Positions 31,331-41,031 of a stretch of DNA of 64,000 bases are shown here, one piece after another. Source of the stretch: Patescibacteria group bacterium. GTDB lineage: Bacteria > Patescibacteriota > UBA1384 > DATEAH01. Position 1 is the stretch's first letter. Each line of letters begins with the position of its first letter. The position numbers were made by a program, and so were the translations under genes. The notes below the pieces were generated by a model, which was not told the DNA's origin, ran no database searches, and saw only the letters and a list, made by a program, of their open reading frames with translations. The stretch is taken from assembly GCA_035288465.1 (NCBI GenBank), contig DATEAH010000001.1:4739-68738 (forward strand), in the 5' to 3' direction.

Positions 31331-31523
31331 AAAAAGCATTAAATGCAAGTGTGGACAAATCAATCTGGTCTCAAAATTAAAGGATAACTATGATTTGTTT
31401 TCTGGAACTGGGAAAATTACACTTTATTGTTATGGGTGCGGCGCGGAAATTGCATTTAAGGATTATTATAATCTACAGAGAGGATTATTTAAAATTTTTG
31501 CATCAAAGGTTTTTGTAGGTTAA
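31311..31523 (+). CDS. putative small Zn-ribbon protein with a non-canonical start
   Basis: Open frame encoding KCKCGQ...CYGCG; GGGAGG at 31299-31304 precedes ATC/ATA; terminator follows. Confidence 0.45.
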   Translation: MIEELVEKSIKCKCGQINLVSKLKDNYDLFSGTGKITLYCYGCGAEIAFKDYYNLQRGLFKIFASKVFVG

Positions 31524-31637
31524 ATTTTATCACAAATTAGGGGAAAGTACTCCAAACCACAAAACATTGGAAGCTTTCCCTCTTTTTATTGAGTAATCTT
31601 GGCTTTGGGAATATAATAGAATTAAGAGGGAGGTGAA

Positions 31638-32393
31638 TTGATTCAACACAAGGATTCAGGCATAATTATTCGGGGCCGGGATTTTTTTGAAGCGGATAAA
31701 ATTCTCACGATTTTAACCGGTAAAAGAGGTAAAATTCGCGCCATCGCCAAAGGAATCCGCAAACCAACCGCGAAATTGGCTGGTAACCTTGAATTATTTT
31801 CATATTCTAATTTAATCTTAATAGAAGGCAGAAATTTAGAAATCGTCGCCTCGGCTGAGATTATTGAGAGTTTTAAAAATATTAAAAAAGATTTAAAAAA
31901 AACCTCGGCCGCTTTTATTATTTGTGAGTTATTGGATAAGCTTTTGAATGAAAAAGAAAGCCAACGTCGAGTATTTTTTCAAACCTTAGCCGCATTTCAT
32001 AAACTGAATTCATCTGAAGGGCTTGACCTCAAACTAATAATAGATTATTTTATGATTAATATCTTAGCAATTTTGGGATACCGGCCCGAGATTAAAAAAT
32101 GCCAAAATTGTCCAAAACCCATCACCGCTAAAAATAATTATTTTAGCATCAAACATAGTAGTGTAGTTTGTCCTGGTTGTGCGGCAAAAGAAGATTTTGT
32201 AGTTCCTATATCGTTAGAAAATTTAAAAATTATTAAATTATTTCTCGAACACGACATTGATGTTTTGGATCGAATTCGACCCAAAAATCTTTCTCAGCTT
32301 AATCTTTTTCTAGAAATGTATATTGAAAATATTTCGGAAAAAAAATTGAAATCATCAAAGTTTTTTAATATGGTTAACCAGAGGCAAGAATGA
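31638..32393 (+). CDS. recO: DNA repair protein RecO
   Basis: EADKILTILT..GKI.AIAKG.RKP, LGYRP..CxxC..CxxC. Confidence 0.93.
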   Translation: MIQHKDSGIIIRGRDFFEADKILTILTGKRGKIRAIAKGIRKPTAKLAGNLELFSYSNLILIEGRNLEIVASAEIIESFKNIKKDLKKTSAAFIICELLDKLLNEKESQRRVFFQTLAAFHKLNSSEGLDLKLIIDYFMINILAILGYRPEIKKCQNCPKPITAKNNYFSIKHSSVVCPGCAAKEDFVVPISLENLKIIKLFLEHDIDVLDRIRPKNLSQLNLFLEMYIENISEKKLKSSKFFNMVNQRQE

Positions 32394-33496
32394 AAAATTA
32401 CGTTGAGGTTAATTTAGGCCATATTGCTGAGAACTGCCAGAATTTAAAAAAGGCGGTTGGGGGCACCAAAATCTTAGTAGTTTTAAGCGCCAATGCTTAT
32501 GGTCATGGTATAGTCGAGGTTGCCAAAACCGCCGCTCGAGTGGGCGCAGATTTTTTGGGAGTAGACTCAGTTGAAGATGGTTTAATGTTGCGCAAGAATA
32601 AAGTTACTTTACCAATTTTAGTTTTTGGCCGTCCTGATGAAGATTTATTGGTAGAGGCAGTAACCAAGGATTTATCTTTAACGGTTTTTGACCTTGAAAT
32701 GGTTAAAAAAATATCCCATACCGGCTTACAAACGAAAAAACCAGCCAAAGTGCATGTTAAAGTTGAAACTGGTTTGTGCCGATATGGAATTTTGGAAAAT
32801 GAAATTTCAGCATTTTTTGATCATCTCAAACATACTCCTAAAATTGAAATTGAAGGTGTTTATTCAACCTTTGCCGCCGCCGAAAATCGCGATAAGTCTT
32901 ATACTTTTAAACAATTGGGCACTTTTCAAAAAATTACCGATGTGTTGCGACACGAGGGATACGAAATTCCTTTAACTCATATAGCAAATTCCGCCGCGGC
33001 GCTATCAATGTCAAGTACTCATTTTAATATGGTTCGTGTGGGTTTGACGGTTTATGGATTATTTCCGAACCCAGAATTAGGCAGTTTTTTTGAACTAAAA
33101 CCCGCACTAACCTGGAAAAGCCGAATTGTTTCTTTGAAAAAACTTTCTGGCGGTGAAAAAATTGGTTTTTCAGGAGCATGCACCACGACTTTTCCGATTA
33201 AAGTTGCTGTAATCCCAGTCGGATATTCAGATGGGATTGATCGTCGGTTGTCAAATATTGCTAAAGTTTTAGTCAGAGGCAAAAGAGCCTTAATAGTGGG
33301 GAAAGTTTCAATGTGCGATTTAATGGTTGATGTTAGCCAGGTTGAAGATGTGGCGCTTGGCGACGAAGTGGTTTTAATCGGCAAGCAGGAATCAGAACAA
33401 ATCACCGCTGGTGAACTAGCGGGATTATTAGGCACAATTAATTATGAAATCGTTTCTCGGATTTCACCAGCCATTCCAAGGGTGTATGTGAGATAA
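32390..33496 (+). CDS. alr: alanine racemase-like protein, catalytic residues substituted
   Basis: Alr-fold motifs ANAYGHG, HIANSAA, MVRVG, PVGYSDG, GTINYEI; the PLP-binding Lys is Ser. Confidence 0.85.
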   Translation: MKNYVEVNLGHIAENCQNLKKAVGGTKILVVLSANAYGHGIVEVAKTAARVGADFLGVDSVEDGLMLRKNKVTLPILVFGRPDEDLLVEAVTKDLSLTVFDLEMVKKISHTGLQTKKPAKVHVKVETGLCRYGILENEISAFFDHLKHTPKIEIEGVYSTFAAAENRDKSYTFKQLGTFQKITDVLRHEGYEIPLTHIANSAAALSMSSTHFNMVRVGLTVYGLFPNPELGSFFELKPALTWKSRIVSLKKLSGGEKIGFSGACTTTFPIKVAVIPVGYSDGIDRRLSNIAKVLVRGKRALIVGKVSMCDLMVDVSQVEDVALGDEVVLIGKQESEQITAGELAGLLGTINYEIVSRISPAIPRVYVR

Positions 33497-33590
33497 AAAG
33501 TTAAAACTCAAAAGTCAAATGTCAAAATTTTTATATTTTTGACTTTTATAAGCTCGCTTGTTATATTTAAGTTGAAAATTAAGGAGTAAA

Positions 33591-35057
33591 ATGGCGGAAA
33601 ATAAATTAGAAAAAATTGTCTCGTGGGCGAAAAGAAGAGGTTTTATGTTTCCATCTTCGGAAATTTATGGTGGTGTAAATGGTTTTTATGATCTCGGACC
33701 ATATGGGGTCGCCTTGAAAAATAATCTTAAAAGACTGTGGTGGAAGAGATTTGTTGAGGAACGGGATGATGTAGTTGGTTTAGAATCATCAATTATTATG
33801 AATCGAAAGGTCTGGCAGGCGTCAGGACACGAAAAAGGGTTTATGGATCCTCTGATGGAATGTCAGAATAAAAATTGTCAAGCGAGATTCAGAGAAGATC
33901 TTATTTTTGTAGATGAAATTCCCAAGACTAGCAAAGAATGGATTCTATGGGCACAAAATTGGGAAGATCTATATTTTATGTTTCATCCGGAAGGAGATGG
34001 ATATAAAAAGAATATAAAATTAGCGAGAGAGACTTTGGCAAAAAGTGGTGAGGTAATTTGTCCCAAATGCGTAATTAGCACCAATTATAAAATCAAGCAG
34101 TTTAACCCGATGTTTAAGACCAATATTGGTGTGATTGAAGACGAGAACTCAAAAACATATTTGCGGCCGGAAACCGCACAGGGAATGTTTTGCGATTTTA
34201 AGCTAATTTTAGAAACTGCACGACAGAAAATTCCTTTTGGAATTGCACAAGTGGGAAAATCATTTCGGAATGAAATCAATACTAAAGATTTTCTTTTTCG
34301 AGTGCGTGAATTTGAAATTGCGGAGATTGAATATTTCATAAAACCCGGCGAAGACGAAGCGGCTTTTGACGAGTGGCTAAAAAATTGGAAAGATTTTGTC
34401 CTATCGCTTGGCATAAAAGAAGAAAATATTAAAGAATATGAACATCCGAAAGAAGATTTATCGCACTATTCAAAACGGACTGTGGATTTGCAATTTAATT
34501 ATCCGTTCGGGTGGAAAGAATTAACCGGAGTAGCGAATCGGACTGATTTTGACCTGAAAGCTCATGAAAAAGCTTCTGGTAAAGATTTACATTATTTTGA
34601 TCAGGAAAGCGGGAAAAAATATTTACCATTTGTGATTGAACCGACTTTAGGGATAGAACGTTTAATGTTAGCGGTAATTTGTGATGCCTTTGAAGAAACT
34701 GAAGCGAGGACTGAAACTACCAAAGCTGTGACTGAAAAAGAAACAGTTTTGCATTTTGCCCCCTCAATTGCACCGGTCAAGGTGGCAATTTTGCCATTAG
34801 TTAAAAAATTATCCAATAAGGCTAATGAAATTTATAAGGATTTGAAAATGTGTTGGCCAGTTGAATTTGATGAATCAGGCTCGATTGGTCGTCGCTATCG
34901 ACGCCAAGACGAAATCGGTACGCCATATTGTGTAACCGTAGATTTTGAAACCGAGAAAGATAAAAAAGTGACGATTCGTAATCGTGATACCATGAAACAA
35001 GACCGCGTTGCCATTTTAGAATTGAAAAATTATTTATGGGATAAAATTGGAGCATAA
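33591..35057 (+). CDS. glyS: glycyl-tRNA synthetase (alpha2 type)
   Basis: SEIYGG, YLRPETAQG, SFRNEI, SIGRRYRRQDEIGTP. Confidence 0.97.
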   Translation: MAENKLEKIVSWAKRRGFMFPSSEIYGGVNGFYDLGPYGVALKNNLKRLWWKRFVEERDDVVGLESSIIMNRKVWQASGHEKGFMDPLMECQNKNCQARFREDLIFVDEIPKTSKEWILWAQNWEDLYFMFHPEGDGYKKNIKLARETLAKSGEVICPKCVISTNYKIKQFNPMFKTNIGVIEDENSKTYLRPETAQGMFCDFKLILETARQKIPFGIAQVGKSFRNEINTKDFLFRVREFEIAEIEYFIKPGEDEAAFDEWLKNWKDFVLSLGIKEENIKEYEHPKEDLSHYSKRTVDLQFNYPFGWKELTGVANRTDFDLKAHEKASGKDLHYFDQESGKKYLPFVIEPTLGIERLMLAVICDAFEETEARTETTKAVTEKETVLHFAPSIAPVKVAILPLVKKLSNKANEIYKDLKMCWPVEFDESGSIGRRYRRQDEIGTPYCVTVDFETEKDKKVTIRNRDTMKQDRVAILELKNYLWDKIGA

Positions 35058-35471
35058 ATGATAGAAATTAAAATATATAAGAAGAATCAGATTGCAAAAC
35101 AGATTGACAAGTTTGTTTTGGAATATAACTCAATTGGATACAAAGATCGGATTTTTGTTAGGAAAATGTTGTTGAGTTCGCTTTTTTTAGGGATTGCATA
35201 TCTTAATAATAAAGCGGTCGGTTTGGGAAGAATTATTGGAGACGGGGTTCGTTATAGTTTTATTGTTGACGTGATGGTAAATGATGATTATCGAGGTAAA
35301 GGAGTTGGCAAAAAATTAGTCCAAAAATTAGCGAGGACAAATAACACTACCTTTATTCAGCTCAACAATGATCCAAAAGATCCTGGGCTGAAAGAATTTT
35401 ATCAAAAAGTTGGTTTTAAAATGTCTAAAGATATTCATGTTTTTGAGTGGCCGAATAATAAGAAAGTTTAA
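35058..35471 (+). CDS. GNAT acetyltransferase
   Basis: V...YRGKGVGKKL motif A, FYQKVGF. Confidence 0.85.
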   Translation: MIEIKIYKKNQIAKQIDKFVLEYNSIGYKDRIFVRKMLLSSLFLGIAYLNNKAVGLGRIIGDGVRYSFIVDVMVNDDYRGKGVGKKLVQKLARTNNTTFIQLNNDPKDPGLKEFYQKVGFKMSKDIHVFEWPNNKKV

Positions 35472-35473
35472 AA

Positions 35474-35905
35474 ATGAATAGTTTAGTGATTTATGATTCA
35501 AATTATGGCAGTACTAAAAAAATTGCCCAAACAATTGCGGAAAAATTAGAGGCAGAAATATTTGCTGTTTCGGAAATTACCGATGACCAATCTTTTAAAA
35601 TCGATTTATTGGTTGTTGGAAGCCCGGTAAATGCTTTTCGGCCATCTAAAAAAATGTTGGATTTTTTGGATACTTTAAAGAGCGGTGATTTGGAGAATAT
35701 TAAAGCGGCCGCTTTTGATACCCGGGTGAAGCTATTTATCCATGGGGATGCAGCCGGGAAAATATCCAAAAAATTAGCCCAAGCTGGAGCGGAAATGGTG
35801 GCTTCGCCGCAAGCCTTTTATGTAAAAGGCAAAGAAGGACCGTTATTTGATGGTGAAATTGAAAAAGCACAAGAATGGGCCGAAGATCTCAAAAATAAGA
35901 TTTAA
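35474..35905 (+). CDS. flavodoxin-like protein
   Basis: YDSNYGSTKKIA, VGSP, AAFDTR. Confidence 0.88.
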   Translation: MNSLVIYDSNYGSTKKIAQTIAEKLEAEIFAVSEITDDQSFKIDLLVVGSPVNAFRPSKKMLDFLDTLKSGDLENIKAAAFDTRVKLFIHGDAAGKISKKLAQAGAEMVASPQAFYVKGKEGPLFDGEIEKAQEWAEDLKNKI

Positions 35906-35978
35906 TTAATAATTTATTAAAAATTCAAAAAAGGCTAAAAAGCCTTTTTTTGTTTGGAGTTATCAACAGATGGGTATC

Positions 35979-36049
35979 TTGACAGAAAATCGGGGTGGAT
36001 TATAATGGGGTTAATGATACAAATTGTGGATAAAAGTGGGGCAACGTGG
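35979..36049 (+). promoter_or_regulatory. mraZ promoter and MraZ-binding GTGG repeats
   Basis: TTGACA-16-TATAAT; GTGG at 36026, 36036 and 36046 (10-bp period). Confidence 0.8.
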
Positions 36050-36059
36050 AGAGATTACG

Positions 36060-36491
36060 ATGTTTATCGGCGAATACCAGCATTCAATTGATCACAAGGG
36101 CAGAATTGCCATTCCAGTTAAATTTCGACCAAAATTGGCCGAAGGTTGTGTTATTACCAGAGGATTAGACAATTCTCTTTTTATTTATACAAATTCTGAG
36201 TGGGAAAAGTTAGCTGATAATTTATCTAAATTACCCATTAGCCAGTCAGACGCAAGAGCCTTTTCAAGATTAATGTTTTCAGGCGCGGCTGATCTGGAAA
36301 TTGACAAGCAGGGCAGAATCGTCATCCCGTCATTTTTAAGAAGTTTTGCCGGCTTGAAATCTGAAGTTATTATCTGCGGTTTATATAATCGCCTTGAAGT
36401 CTGGGATCGAGTCCGTTGGGATGAATACAAGAAGGAATCAGAAAAAGAATCCACAGATATTGCTGAGCATCTCGGTGATCTGGGAGTATGA
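36060..36491 (+). CDS. mraZ: transcriptional regulator MraZ
   Basis: MFIGEY.HSID.KGR..IP, D.QGRI.IP. Confidence 0.97.
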   Translation: MFIGEYQHSIDHKGRIAIPVKFRPKLAEGCVITRGLDNSLFIYTNSEWEKLADNLSKLPISQSDARAFSRLMFSGAADLEIDKQGRIVIPSFLRSFAGLKSEVIICGLYNRLEVWDRVRWDEYKKESEKESTDIAEHLGDLGV

Positions 36492-36611
36492 AGAAGATTA
36501 AAAATCAAAAATCAAAAAGCAAAGAGCAAAAACAAAGAGTGAAAATGCTGATTAAAAATATTAAAATAAGCTTTTTGATCTTTTCGATTTAATCTTTTAT
36601 CTTAATTATAA

Positions 36612-36764
36612 TAGCGGCCAGCTCCATCCTCTTTCGGGGGAGCTTTACCCCATTCTGGGGATATATCACGGATTATTATTTTAGGGGGGGCATCCGTGAC
36701 CTCCAATAATTTGTTTTGTTCACCTCCTACTTTGAATTAAAACAAAAAGGAGCTGGCTGCTGCT
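36612..36764. ncRNA. candidate structured RNA between mraZ and ftsL
   Basis: Closing stem TAGCGGCCAGCTCC/GGAGCTGGCTGCTG with internal stems such as TCACGGAT/ATCCGTGA. Confidence 0.5.
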
Positions 36765-36780
36765 AGATTCGGACTTTTAA

Positions 36781-37134
36781 ATGAGACCAATGACTCTAAA
36801 CGGCTCCTTAGCCTTTGAAAAATCAAAATTTACTTCTATTAACAAACGCTTAAAAATTGGGCCGGTTTCTCTTAATTTTATTACGATTATTATTATTTCG
36901 GTTTTAGCGTTATTTTATTTAGTGCAATCTCAACAATCAAGTGCCAAAGCATATCGAATTAAAGCCATGGATGAAGCTAAAATGGAATTAATTTCACAAA
37001 ATGAAAGCCTGCAAGTTCAAATTTCCCAGCTAAAATCAATTGATAATATCAAAAATACGGCTGAGGGTTTGGGAATGGTGCCGTCGGTGGAAATCAATTA
37101 TTTAAAAACCAATAATACAATTAGCAAAAAATAG
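36781..37134 (+). CDS. ftsL: cell division protein FtsL-like
   Basis: Single TM plus coiled coil, ends with A..LGMVP, sits before ftsI. Confidence 0.75.
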   Translation: MRPMTLNGSLAFEKSKFTSINKRLKIGPVSLNFITIIIISVLALFYLVQSQQSSAKAYRIKAMDEAKMELISQNESLQVQISQLKSIDNIKNTAEGLGMVPSVEINYLKTNNTISKK

Positions 37135-37152
37135 CTTAGGTCTAGACTTTTC

Positions 37153-38847
37153 ATGAGTATTCTCAACCGTCGTTTAAATATAGTTTTTGCCATCATCATT
37201 ATAATTGGCCTAGGCTTGGTCCTTGGGCTTTTTAAAAAACAAGTTCTCCAAAATAATTACTACACTGCTTTAGCTAAAAAACAATATACTGTGACCAAAG
37301 ACTTAGTCGCCAACCGTGGCGAAATTTTTGTTTATGATCAAGGCGAAACTGAACCGCAAAAATTAGCCACCAATTTACATTTTTACGATTTGTTGATGGT
37401 GCCGAAAAATATTAAGAATCCCAAAGAAGTGGCGCGTAAATTATCCGGGTTAACGGGAATGACAGAAAAAGAAATTTACGATCAAATCAATAACAATAAA
37501 CCTTATATTCCGCCGGTGAAGAAAAAAATTGACACCGAAACTGCCAAAAAAATTGAAGATTTGAATATTAATGGGGTGATGTTAGTACCGAATATGTGGC
37601 GGTATTATCCCGAAAATAATTTAGCGAGTTTTGTTTTGGGTTTTGTTGATGCAGAAGGCGAGGGCAGATATGGCTTAGAAGGATATTATAACCAAGAATT
37701 AAAAGGCACCACAAATCAAATTGATGTTGAAAAAGATTTTTTTAATTCTAATAATTTTTTACTGAGTAATGAAAAAGCCTTTGACGGCTCAGATTTATAT
37801 TTATCGATAGATCGAACTATTCAGTATATCGCTGAACAAAAAATCAAAGAGGCGGTGGCTAAAAATCAAGCCGGTTCTGGATCGATATTAATTATGGATC
37901 CCAAAACTGGTAAAATTTTAGCCATGGCAGGATCTGCAGATTTTAATCCAAATTTATTTTTTGAACAAAAATCCGTGGATATTTTTAATAACCCGAATAC
38001 AGTTTATCCGTGGGAGCCGGGGAGTATTTTTAAACCAATCATAATGGCGGCGGCGATTGATACTGGTGAAGTTCAGCCTGACACAGAGGGTGTTTTTGGG
38101 TCTTCAGTTAAAGTCGGTTCATATACAATCAAAACTTCAACCGGTGAAGCTTATGGCCGGGAAACAATGACTCAAGTATTGGAAAACTCAGACAATGTGG
38201 CGATGGTTTGGTTGGGAAATTTACTCGGTAAGGAGATTTTATATAAATATGTTCGAGACTTTGGCTTTGGCCAAAAAACTCAAATTGATCTTGACGGAGA
38301 AACTCCCGGAGAAATTCCGGAATTAAAAAATTGGCGACCAATCAATTTAGCGACGGCTTCGTTTGGACAAGGGATTTCGACCACGCCAATTCAAATTGCA
38401 ACGGCATACAGCGCAATCGCAAATAAGGGCAATTTAATGCAACCTGAGGTGGTAGAAAAAATAGTGGGACCAAATAATGAAACAATTGTTCGTAAACCAA
38501 AAATTGTGAGAAGGATAATTTCTGAAGAGACCGCTAAAAAAATAACCGAGATGATGATTTCAGTAGTTGAGCGTGGTCATGGTAAGAAGGCTAGGGTGGC
38601 AGGTTATTGGGTGGCTGGAAAAACTGGCACAGCACAAATTCCAGATCCTGACAAGGCCGGATACCTTGAAGATGCAAATATTGGCTCATTTGCAGGTTTT
38701 GCGCCAGCTCATGATCCAAAATTCGCCATGATCGTGAAAATAGATCGACCTAAAAATGTCGAATGGGCAGAAAGTTCAGCCGCACCAGTTTTTGGTGAAA
38801 TGGCAGAATGGCTTTTAAATTATTATCAAGTTCCCAAAGAAAGATAG
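37153..38847 (+). CDS. ftsI: class B penicillin-binding protein FtsI/PBP3
   Basis: RGEI, RYYP, GLE, EPGSIFK (SxxK), SDN, KTGTAQ. Confidence 0.93.
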   Translation: MSILNRRLNIVFAIIIIIGLGLVLGLFKKQVLQNNYYTALAKKQYTVTKDLVANRGEIFVYDQGETEPQKLATNLHFYDLLMVPKNIKNPKEVARKLSGLTGMTEKEIYDQINNNKPYIPPVKKKIDTETAKKIEDLNINGVMLVPNMWRYYPENNLASFVLGFVDAEGEGRYGLEGYYNQELKGTTNQIDVEKDFFNSNNFLLSNEKAFDGSDLYLSIDRTIQYIAEQKIKEAVAKNQAGSGSILIMDPKTGKILAMAGSADFNPNLFFEQKSVDIFNNPNTVYPWEPGSIFKPIIMAAAIDTGEVQPDTEGVFGSSVKVGSYTIKTSTGEAYGRETMTQVLENSDNVAMVWLGNLLGKEILYKYVRDFGFGQKTQIDLDGETPGEIPELKNWRPINLATASFGQGISTTPIQIATAYSAIANKGNLMQPEVVEKIVGPNNETIVRKPKIVRRIISEETAKKITEMMISVVERGHGKKARVAGYWVAGKTGTAQIPDPDKAGYLEDANIGSFAGFAPAHDPKFAMIVKIDRPKNVEWAESSAAPVFGEMAEWLLNYYQVPKER

Positions 38848-38912
38848 TAAATTAGCTTGAATTTTGGTTAATTTTAGGATATAATTAGCAAATATCAAAT
38901 AAAGTAATTTCC

Positions 38913-40010
38913 ATGAAAAAAATTTATCTAAATTTTTTATTTTGGCTCTTAAAATTAGAAAGCCATGCCATAATTCGCAAGTTCAAACCAGAAATTATTG
39001 GTATTACGGGCAGTATTGCTAAAAGCAGTACCAAAGAGGCGGTTTTTGCAGTTTTAGAAATAAAATTTGGTCAACAAATTTATCGAAATTTTGGGAATTT
39101 GAATAACGAACTGGGTTTACCTTTAGCGATTTTGGGAATTGCTCGGACACCTGAAAAATGGCAATGGTGGCAGGTTTTAGTTTCGGGGATTAACAAATAT
39201 CTTTTTTCTAAAAAATACCCGAAAGTTTTGGTTTTAGAAATGGCGGCTGATAAACCCGGTGACATTGATTATTTACTTTCAATTGTAAAGCCTCGTGTGG
39301 GGATTGTAACTGCTGTCGGTCCGACACATTTGATGAATTTTAAATCAGTGGAAAATGTGGCGCGCGAAAAGGCGAAATTAGTGCAAAATTTACCCAAAAA
39401 TGGATTTGCAATTCTGAATGAGGATGATTCGCGAGTTATGGCCATGGCTGAAAATCTCAAAGCTAAGGTAATAACCTTTCGATCGGATGGATTTAATTTA
39501 GCTAAAAATGCGGCCAAAAAAGTAGCGCAGATTTATCAAATTGATCCTGAGAAATCCGAACAAGTCTTAAAAAACTTAGCACCACTTGTGGGTAGGTTTA
39601 ATTTGCTGAGAGGGGTGAGAAATAGTAAAATTATAGATGATGCTTATAATTCAAATCCGCTGTCGTGTTCCTTGGCTTTAGATATGTTGGCGCAAACCGA
39701 AGCTGGCAGAAAAATCGCAGTTTTAGGTGATATGATGGAATTGGGAAGTTATAAAAAAAAAGGGCATAAGGAAATTGCCCAAAAAGCTCGAAAGATAGCC
39801 GATGTTTTAGTGTTGGTCGGGCCGAATTTTGAATTTTACAAAAAAGCTGATTTTTGGTTTGCAGATTCAAAAAAGGCGGTAGCAAGAATTTCCAAGTTAG
39901 TTCGTGAAGATGATTTAGTTCTAGTTAAGGGTTCGCACAGCTTAAAAATGGAAGAGGTAGTGGCAGCATTGTCCACAAAGGAGTCAAAATGTCAGAATTT
40001 ATCAGTTTAG
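38913..40010 (+). CDS. murF: UDP-MurNAc-tripeptide:D-Ala-D-Ala ligase
   Basis: GITGSIAKSSTKE, NNELGLP, DDAYNSNP, LGDMMELG, VKGS. Confidence 0.9.
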   Translation: MKKIYLNFLFWLLKLESHAIIRKFKPEIIGITGSIAKSSTKEAVFAVLEIKFGQQIYRNFGNLNNELGLPLAILGIARTPEKWQWWQVLVSGINKYLFSKKYPKVLVLEMAADKPGDIDYLLSIVKPRVGIVTAVGPTHLMNFKSVENVAREKAKLVQNLPKNGFAILNEDDSRVMAMAENLKAKVITFRSDGFNLAKNAAKKVAQIYQIDPEKSEQVLKNLAPLVGRFNLLRGVRNSKIIDDAYNSNPLSCSLALDMLAQTEAGRKIAVLGDMMELGSYKKKGHKEIAQKARKIADVLVLVGPNFEFYKKADFWFADSKKAVARISKLVREDDLVLVKGSHSLKMEEVVAALSTKESKCQNLSV

Positions 40011-40999
40011 ACGTTGCTAATTTAATGAGAATTTTTGGTTATACCGCTTTATCCTTCGTGATTGCGGTGGCTTGGACACCTTTATTGAGTCGTCTCTTAT
40101 ATAAATATCATGCAGCAAAGCATATCAAAAAAGCCGATAGCCCGGTTTATAATAAACTACATCAAGGGAAAGAAAATACCCCAGTGTTGGGTGGATTATT
40201 AATTTGGGTGACAACTTTAGTTTTGACTTTAGTTTTTAATTTAAGTCGATCGCAAACTTATTTGCCTCTTTTTGCACTCATTAGTTTTGCGCTTTTGGGC
40301 GCTTTTGATGATTATTTGAATATTCGCCAAGTCGGTCCTTTTAAAGGCATGCGCGGTCGTCATAAATTCATCTGGCAGCTGGTAATTGCAATTTTGGGCG
40401 CTTGGTGGTTTTATTATAAGCTAGGTTGGAATTTTATTCATATCCCGGGTGTAGGTGATTTCACGATCGGTTTGTGGTATTTACCACTTTTTGTTTTTGT
40501 CATTGTGGGTATGAGCAACGCCGTCAATATTACTGATGGCTTAGACGGCTTAGCGGGTGGATTATCGGCAATTGTTTTATTTGTATTAGGGGGAATTGCT
40601 TTTATTGAAGGCCATTTTGGTTTAGCTATTTTTTGTGGCACCTTAGTCGGGGCGACTTTGGCTTTTGTGTGGTTTAATATCTTTCCAGCGAGATTTTTTA
40701 TGGGTGATACCGGTTCATTAGCCTTGGGAGCGACAATTGGTGTGGTGGCGATGTTGACTGATACTATCGTGGTCTTGCCGGTGATTGCCTTTATCTTTGT
40801 AATTGAAACCTTATCAGTTATTATTCAAGTAACATATCGAAAAATTACTGGTGGTAAAAAAATCTTTTTATCATCGCCATTTCACCACCATTTAGAAGCA
40901 AAGGGTTGGCCAGAACCGAAAGTCGTGATGAGATTTTGGGTCCTAGGTTCGGTAATGGCATTTTTAGGATTTTTTATTGCCTTAATTGGTCGTGGTTGA
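39989..40999 (+). CDS. mraY: phospho-MurNAc-pentapeptide transferase
   Basis: TP.LGG, DDY, NAVNITDGLDGL, FMGDTGS, PFHHHLE. Confidence 0.97.
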   Translation: MSEFISLDVANLMRIFGYTALSFVIAVAWTPLLSRLLYKYHAAKHIKKADSPVYNKLHQGKENTPVLGGLLIWVTTLVLTLVFNLSRSQTYLPLFALISFALLGAFDDYLNIRQVGPFKGMRGRHKFIWQLVIAILGAWWFYYKLGWNFIHIPGVGDFTIGLWYLPLFVFVIVGMSNAVNITDGLDGLAGGLSAIVLFVLGGIAFIEGHFGLAIFCGTLVGATLAFVWFNIFPARFFMGDTGSLALGATIGVVAMLTDTIVVLPVIAFIFVIETLSVIIQVTYRKITGGKKIFLSSPFHHHLEAKGWPEPKVVMRFWVLGSVMAFLGFFIALIGRG

Positions 41000-41031
41000 A
41001 GAGCTGAGACTAAGATTAGGAAAGAGGTTTT

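Noticed and set aside
36612-36764. Assignment of the structured element as SRP RNA or tmRNA
   Set aside because: No SRP helix-8 motif and no tRNA-like ends, so it is left unassigned.
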